Of a stretch of DNA of 18,841 bases, positions 16,183 through 18,841 are shown in pieces (position 1 is the stretch's first letter; every line of letters starts with the position of its first letter). This stretch comes from Anaerohalosphaeraceae bacterium. Lineage in GTDB: Bacteria > Planctomycetota > Phycisphaerae > Sedimentisphaerales > Anaerohalosphaeraceae. A model generated the notes under the pieces. That model had not been told where the DNA came from. It made no database searches and saw only the letters and a program-made list of their open reading frames with translations. The position numbers were made by a program, and so were the translations under genes. The stretch is taken from NCBI GenBank assembly GCA_050309605.1, contig JBNRMN010000032.1, positions 1-18,841 of the forward strand, given 5' to 3'.

Positions 16183-18708
16183 ATGAAGAATGTCTTGTTG
16201 GTTATTGTGGCGTTTTCAGTGGAAATCTGTGGTTTAGCGGTCGCGGCAGACGCGCCTCTGCAGCAGATCATCCGCCTGGAAGGCAGCGTTGTTTGTACCG
16301 CACCGAATGAAAGGTTTGGAGCGGCAATGAATGTTGTCAACGGGTCCGGCATCAACGAAGACGGGTTTCATCCGTTTGAGCACTGGGATGGTGCAGGCGG
16401 TGGCCATGGCATGTGGATAACAGATGCCGGCGGGGGCGGCAGCTCGGCGAACAATCCTGCGGGGCTTGATTGCTCAACATGGCTTCGGTTCGATTTTAAT
16501 ACCGTCTATCCGCTTGGTGTGATGTGGATTTGGAATCATAACCAATGGCGCCCCGACCTGGATGAAACAAACCGCGGGTTAAAGAATGTTCAGGTTCATT
16601 ATACCAGTGACGGCCAGAGCTGGACTAAGTTGGGTGATTATGAAATCCCTCGTATGGTTGGTGCTCAATGGGTTGCGCATAACTATGAGATTGATTTTGC
16701 GGGTGCCGATGCAAACTCCGTGCTTATCACCGCCGACTCCGTGGACGGTAATTATGGTTCACAATATTATGGCCTCAGCGAAGTCATGTTTGGTATCCAC
16801 GACACGGTATATGATCCGTATTCGAAGCATCCGCCGCAGGCCTCTGTTCCGAGAAGCAGTATTGTCCCTTCGGCTTCGACCACTTACCATAATTTAAACA
16901 CTATAAATATGATCAACGGGGAACCGGCTACGCTGAATTTTCGACAGAATAATAATTCTGGCGGATGGTGGCATGGCAATGGAGATACTACGCTGACGTC
17001 TCCAAGCGAAGATCCCAATGACACTGTGCTCAGTCCGGCATGGGTTCGATTTGATTTTGATGAAGCGTACGCGCTTGGCGAGCTGTGGATTTGGAACATG
17101 AACCAGCCGGGCCTGACAAGCCGCGGTCTTAAAAAAGTGCATGTTCATTACTACAATGGAACGGAGTGGAACAGGCTTATGAATGGGGCCGATGATTACT
17201 TCATTCTTAATCAGGCCGGCAATGAAGTCCTGATTGAACATACGGATGCAATTGATTTTGGTGGTGTCACCGCGACAGCCGTTGCGATCTCTGCCGATCC
17301 GAATGGCGGTATGTGGGGCGATCCGTCAACGGATCCTTATTACGGTCTGAGTGAGGTGTTGTTCGGCATTGCCAATACGATCTGGACGCCGCCGGGAGAG
17401 CCTGAGATCGTACTGCCGACTGAGGACGCTGTGCATGACACGCGAATTATCGCCACGGCCTCTTCAACGTATTCCGGCAACCAGGATCCTCAGAGAACCG
17501 TAAATGGGTCAGGACTGAACTGGGATACATTGCTGCATGATAACCATGGCAGCGCCCACACCATGTGGCATGCAAGCAATAACACCGATACCAGCAGCGC
17601 TCACCCCAACACGACGGTCGGTTCAGAATGGATACGGTATGTCTTTGATAAGTCCTATCCGCTTGGTGAAATGTGGGTCTGGAATTTGAATCAACAGAAT
17701 AATACAAACCGCGGCCTGAAAAAAGTGTATATTGAATATACTACCGATGGACAGAACTGGTCCACCTTGCTGGATGGTGAAAACGATTACTTTATTTTTG
17801 ACCAGGCATCCGGTGAAGCTAATCTTCAATACACGACCGCCATCAACTTTGGCGGTGTCGATGCGAATTCGGTTGTCATTACAGCCGATATTGCAGAGGG
17901 CCACTGGGGCGGTGCACCTTATATTGGTTTAAGCGAAGTCCGGTTTGGTATTTTCGGGACAACTTACCGCGGGCGCCTGGAACCGGTTGCCGGTGACCTT
18001 GATGACGATTTTGATGTGGATGTGAACGATCTCGGCCTTCTGGCCGATAACTGGCTTGTCGATAATTTAATCTTAGGAAACGGCGACTACTTGTTGGATG
18101 ATTTTGAGAGTTATGATTTGGTGGATCCGAATATATTCACAAAATGGACACTGATTGATGATCCGGATGTCGATGGCAGCATTTCGTTGCTTACCGATGC
18201 GGCGGATGCACATGCCGGCAGCCAGGCCATGCGGCTGACATGGCAGGAAATTGTCGATGACAGTTATGTCGCTGTCATATACGATGCAAATGACGTCGTC
18301 ATGGGCCCTCCGGACTTGTCAAACTACGATCAGCTTAGCATGTGGATTTATCGGCATGATTATGACCATCAAATACTCACTGTCGATCCGCTGGATGAAG
18401 CGGGCCAATCCCTTGAAAGCGTGGTCGTTCATCTTATCCCGGATTCAACCACTCTTCCTTATGGCCAGTGGGCACAGCTCATCATCAACCTGAATTATGA
18501 TACGCCGACCCCTGTGAGCGGCTTTTTAATCCGAGCTACGACTAATTATAATATAGGAGCAGGAACCCTTGATATGGATGATCTCAAACTGATCGATCTT
18601 CCCGATTGTCCGGTCGCGCCTGTAGGTGATGTTAACGGTGACTGTAAAGTGGACCTGTTGGATCTGGCCGTCATGGCTTCCAACTGGCTCGAAGGCACAG
18701 TATGGTAA
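16183..18708 (+). CDS. Secreted multidomain protein: 3 discoidin/galactose-binding-like beta-sandwich repeats, a CBM-like domain and two dockerin-like Ca-binding motifs
   Basis: N-terminal signal peptide and GGAGG RBS. Three ~190-aa repeats share W(L/V/I)R(F/Y)xF..Y.LG..W(I/V)WN.NQ...RGLK.V...I(D/N)F.G...GLSEV.FGI. GDLDDDFDVDVNDL..LADNWL and GDVNGDCKVDLLDL..MASNWL flank a domain running from LLDDFESY to MDDLKL. Confidence 0.85.
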   Translation: MKNVLLVIVAFSVEICGLAVAADAPLQQIIRLEGSVVCTAPNERFGAAMNVVNGSGINEDGFHPFEHWDGAGGGHGMWITDAGGGGSSANNPAGLDCSTWLRFDFNTVYPLGVMWIWNHNQWRPDLDETNRGLKNVQVHYTSDGQSWTKLGDYEIPRMVGAQWVAHNYEIDFAGADANSVLITADSVDGNYGSQYYGLSEVMFGIHDTVYDPYSKHPPQASVPRSSIVPSASTTYHNLNTINMINGEPATLNFRQNNNSGGWWHGNGDTTLTSPSEDPNDTVLSPAWVRFDFDEAYALGELWIWNMNQPGLTSRGLKKVHVHYYNGTEWNRLMNGADDYFILNQAGNEVLIEHTDAIDFGGVTATAVAISADPNGGMWGDPSTDPYYGLSEVLFGIANTIWTPPGEPEIVLPTEDAVHDTRIIATASSTYSGNQDPQRTVNGSGLNWDTLLHDNHGSAHTMWHASNNTDTSSAHPNTTVGSEWIRYVFDKSYPLGEMWVWNLNQQNNTNRGLKKVYIEYTTDGQNWSTLLDGENDYFIFDQASGEANLQYTTAINFGGVDANSVVITADIAEGHWGGAPYIGLSEVRFGIFGTTYRGRLEPVAGDLDDDFDVDVNDLGLLADNWLVDNLILGNGDYLLDDFESYDLVDPNIFTKWTLIDDPDVDGSISLLTDAADAHAGSQAMRLTWQEIVDDSYVAVIYDANDVVMGPPDLSNYDQLSMWIYRHDYDHQILTVDPLDEAGQSLESVVVHLIPDSTTLPYGQWAQLIINLNYDTPTPVSGFLIRATTNYNIGAGTLDMDDLKLIDLPDCPVAPVGDVNGDCKVDLLDLAVMASNWLEGTVW

Positions 18709-18824
18709 ATTCAAAACTCAAGTTGACTGACTTTTCTGATCGGGATTTTGGACGAAAATGGTGATTATTTCAATAAAAAACGGCAATCTGTCCGATAAAA
18801 GGGTTGGAAACAGCACTTTTATAC

Positions 18825-18841
18825 AGGAGACTGCCGTTATG
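18825..18841 (+). other. RBS and start codon of a probable next gene (truncated by the window edge)
   Basis: AGGAG at 18825-18829, then ATG at 18839-18841. Confidence 0.5.

Larger units (their letters stand above)
12025..18841. mobile_element. Probable decayed genomic island inserted at tRNA-Pro (right boundary outside the window)
   Basis: An integrase remnant lies immediately 3' of the tRNA, followed by an IS remnant. Sequence and codon choice are visibly more AT-rich from about 12.9 kb, and the gene content is accessory and catabolic. Confidence 0.6.

Overview
This is a bacterial chromosome segment. It most resembles Planctomycetota (Phycisphaerae/Sedimentisphaerales-like), inferred from the integrase remnant and the dockerin-like secreted protein. 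The GC-richer left part (1-12024) opens with the end of a chemosensory operon: MCP tail, cheW, cheY, cheX, an unusual CheX-like phosphatase/CBS-pair fusion, cheA, cheR, cheD, cheB. It continues with topA, an orphan groES-like gene, a class I DAHP synthase on the minus strand and tRNA-Pro(GGG). Directly after the tRNA begins a probable fixed genomic island that becomes visibly more AT-rich from about 12.9 kb. It holds an internally deleted tyrosine integrase, a hypothetical gene, a 240-bp internally deleted IS4-family element and a XylR-type (LacI-fold + AraC) regulator. Divergent from the regulator are a URO-D/MtaA-superfamily protein and a secreted 841-aa protein with three beta-sandwich repeats and a split dockerin-like pair. 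These two genes share a 69-bp upstream element with 21-bp-spaced direct repeats, a candidate operator. The best candidates for something new are the CheX-CBS fusion (possibly an adenine-nucleotide-gated CheY-P phosphatase) and the XylR/URO-D-like/secreted-protein regulon. No searches were run; all family calls come from motif recognition.
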